Shown one piece after another: positions 17,916 to 20,000 of a DNA stretch of 20,000 nucleotides. The position numbers and the translations under genes were made by a program. The notes beneath the pieces are model-generated. The model had not been told where the DNA came from. It searched no databases and saw only the letters and a list, made by a program, of their open reading frames with translations. Within the stretch, counting starts at the first letter, position 1, and each line of letters starts with the position of its first letter. The DNA lies in IMG/VR virus record IMGVR_UViG_3300008259_004339, positions 56,633-76,632 of that record; one strand, 5' to 3'. The stretch comes from an uncultured virus (IMG/VR IMGVR_UViG_3300008259_004339). Lineage: Duplodnaviria > Heunggongvirae > Uroviricota > Caudoviricetes.

Positions 17916-18151
17916 GACTGTTTATTTGTAAAATAATGCGCTAATGCTGCAAATGTAGTAGTTATACCCGTACTTATACCTATTAATTTCCATTTAAATT
18001 GTTCTAACAACGTCAATCTATTTTCTACTTGAACTACATTTATCTTTACACTAGATTCTATGGCAGTTAATTTTTCGGTAATATTTTTTAGACTTACATC
18101 TATTCGTGATATTACCGCGTTATAATCGTTTGGGTTGTATTCCGGAATCAT
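17912..18151 (-). CDS. Small coiled-coil protein with C-terminal TM (XhlA/holin-like)
   Basis: Heptads ending RLTLLEQFKWK, then hydrophobic LIGISTGITTTFAALAHYF. Confidence 0.5.
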   Translation of the reverse strand: MIPEYNPNDYNAVISRIDVSLKNITEKLTAIESSVKINVVQVENRLTLLEQFKWKLIGISTGITTTFAALAHYFTNKQS

Positions 18152-18181
18152 AAATAGTTGCAGTTTTTATAACTTTATAAA

Positions 18182-18817
18182 TTACTTCTTTTTAGCTTTA
18201 CCACCCTTGGTATATTTAATAACTAATTTTTGAAGATTCTTTGGCAATGTAGGTGGGACGTATTCTGCTTTCTTTGGTTTATGATCGCCTTGTTTAGCAA
18301 ACTTACCAACTGCTTGCATTGGTTGAGTAGGATCGTCTTTTGGATCGTTCATATTATCAACTTTGACATTCTTTACAATCTTAAATCCTTTTTCTGGATC
18401 AACTACGTTTTCTTCAGATTCAGATTGTTTATCGGCTTTTTTACCACCTTGTTTATCTTTGCTGTTTTCAACACCTTTGGCTAAAGTACTGTCTACATAA
18501 TTTAAAATATCAGATTTTAAGTATTCTTTTACGAATTTCTTAACATCTTCAAATTTCATAAAGAGTTTTTTGGTTCTATCGCTATAATCTCTGAATGCTT
18601 GTACGTCACAAATACCGTGTACAATTGGTCTAATACTAATATGATGTGGTTCACAGTCACATACATTGTAATTACCAGCATCATCAAGTTCGATTGGCTT
18701 CTTAATTTCTTTGGATAATTCGTCGATTAAATCACTCCAAGAAGCCGAAGCATTGGTGTACTTTTGTTCTAATGTTTCTTTTACGAGTTTATTGACTAAT
18801 TCTTTAGAAGACTTCAT
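18182..18817 (-). CDS. Hypothetical protein with Lys-rich disordered C-terminus
   Basis: Long ORF. Start is ATG 18817 or 18829, preceded by CTATTTATA at 18829-18837. Confidence 0.65.
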   Translation of the reverse strand: MKSSKELVNKLVKETLEQKYTNASASWSDLIDELSKEIKKPIELDDAGNYNVCDCEPHHISIRPIVHGICDVQAFRDYSDRTKKLFMKFEDVKKFVKEYLKSDILNYVDSTLAKGVENSKDKQGGKKADKQSESEENVVDPEKGFKIVKNVKVDNMNDPKDDPTQPMQAVGKFAKQGDHKPKKAEYVPPTLPKNLQKLVIKYTKGGKAKKK

Positions 18818-18854
18818 ATTAATATACATATAAATAGTGTTGGGTATCTAATTA

Positions 18855-19409
18855 TTAATCTTTTTTATCGTCTAATACTTCAATATGTCCTATATACCCA
18901 TAACCATTATTTCTGGTTGCTACTACTTTAACGTTATATACATTTCCTTCTCTATCAATCATTCTGTGTATACTGGTGCTACTTCTTTTATCTTTAATAG
19001 CTCTTTCCCACTCTTTTTCCACCATTTCTAAATCTTCTCCGTGTACACCGTTTTTCCATCCATTATTCAAGAAATATTCTACATCGTGTTTCAATAATTG
19101 ACAATATTTTTCATTTACCCACGTACAATTACCATTGACATCACATTCAAATATTGGTTCGGGTCTAGTATCCAATATCCATTTTTGTCTTCTACATATG
19201 GTATTTATTAAATTACTATCACAACTTACCTGTTTTTCAATCTTAGCAACTTGATCTTTTAGTGATGTTCCAGAATTAGGCTTAACTTCTTTCAAAATCT
19301 CCTTCACATTCCGATTCAGTGTAAATATCCACTTAAAAGCGCCAAAAAGTACGCCACCAGCTGCGCTTATTACCAATATTTTTTCAAGATATTCAAAAAT
19401 GATTTCCAT
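18855..19409 (-). CDS. Membrane-anchored stand-alone PAS-domain protein
   Basis: TM ILVISAAGGVLFGAFKWIF, coiled coil with PNSGTSLKD, and PAS domain PIFECDVNGNCTWVN..YCQLL......NGW...VHGED...V...W. Confidence 0.8.
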   Translation of the reverse strand: MEIIFEYLEKILVISAAGGVLFGAFKWIFTLNRNVKEILKEVKPNSGTSLKDQVAKIEKQVSCDSNLINTICRRQKWILDTRPEPIFECDVNGNCTWVNEKYCQLLKHDVEYFLNNGWKNGVHGEDLEMVEKEWERAIKDKRSSTSIHRMIDREGNVYNVKVVATRNNGYGYIGHIEVLDDKKD

Positions 19410-19433
19410 AATAGAGATGAATATAAATATAAT

Positions 19434-19463
19434 AAAAAACGGATACTAATTAAAGTACCCGTT
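19434..19463 (-). terminator. Intrinsic terminator after nrdB
   Basis: AACGGGTACT-ttaatt-AGTATCCGTT followed by TTTT on the minus strand. Confidence 0.7.
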
Positions 19464-19490
19464 ACATTTTTTAACTATTTACAATTGTAA

Positions 19491-20000
19491 TTACAATTTG
19501 AAGTCATCAAAAGCACCTTCACTGATGGTATTATCGACTCCTTTAACATAACTACTCAATTCAGTTTCTTGAGGAGCTACTTGTAGTTTCTTGCTGTCAT
19601 AGTAACTATCCAACCATCCAGCCAATGGATTAATCTTAGCGTTTGGATACAATTTCTTATATCCAATATTTGATAATCTGTTATTAGCTAACCATTCGAC
19701 ATAATGCTTTAAACTTTCCGCAGTCAATCCAATCAAACTACCTTTACTGAATAGATAATCTGCCCAATCCTTTTCAGCATTAACTGCCATTTCATAAGCA
19801 GCGTAGATCTTGTCTTCATTCTTCTTAACAACATCTTGGAATCCCTCTTCTGGGTTATTAATCCAGTTCTTCATAATGTTCTGGGTAATAGCAACGTGAA
19901 GATTTTCATCTCTACTGATAAACTTAATAATCTTACTGTTACCCTCCATCTTTCCACGATATCCAAAGTAGAAACTACAAGCAAATGATACATAGAAAAT
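19491..20000 (-). CDS. nrdB: Ribonucleotide reductase class Ia beta subunit (3' part; 5' end outside the window)
   Basis: Frame is open to the window edge: IFYVSFACSF...ISRDENLH (iron ligands)...QVAPQETELSSY. Confidence 0.95.
   Translation of the reverse strand: MFYVSFACSFYFGYRGKMEGNSKIIKFISRDENLHVAITQNIMKNWINNPEEGFQDVVKKNEDKIYAAYEMAVNAEKDWADYLFSKGSLIGLTAESLKHYVEWLANNRLSNIGYKKLYPNAKINPLAGWLDSYYDSKKLQVAPQETELSSYVKGVDNTISEGAFDDFKL

Noticed and set aside
1..20000. CRISPR arrays, tRNAs, integrases, transposases, introns or inteins
   Set aside because: None recognised. Intergenic gaps are short and explained by promoters and terminators.

Overview
AT-rich, gene-dense fragment of a large tailed phage genome, with T4-like core genes (nrdB, dNMP kinase, a gp62-like clamp-loader subunit) and no evidence of stop-codon recoding. 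Bases 1-8729 (+) are a tightly coupled operon for nucleotide-sugar synthesis and glycan modification. It encodes two GT8-like transferases, a methyltransferase, a PseB-like dehydratase, an SDR, a DegT aminotransferase, WbqC, a PIG-L deacetylase, a GT-B-like protein and a frame-broken GT2, followed by three small proteins, one an unannotated EF-hand membrane microprotein. Bases 8716-20000 (-) carry dNMP kinase, the clamp-loader-like subunit, UvsE, a repeat-rich fibre-like protein, a DruA/DUF4338-like protein, a wHTH protein, a MoxR AAA+/HExxH-VWA pair, a secreted Pro/Val/Tyr-repeat protein, a holin-like protein, a membrane-anchored stand-alone PAS protein and the 3' end of nrdB. Two promoter classes are visible. 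One is sigma70-type (TTGAC-N16/17-TA(A/T/G)(G/A/T)AT). The other is a recurrent (C/A)TATTTATA motif, the reverse complement of the T4 late promoter, ahead of putative late genes. All family calls come from motif recognition, not database searches.
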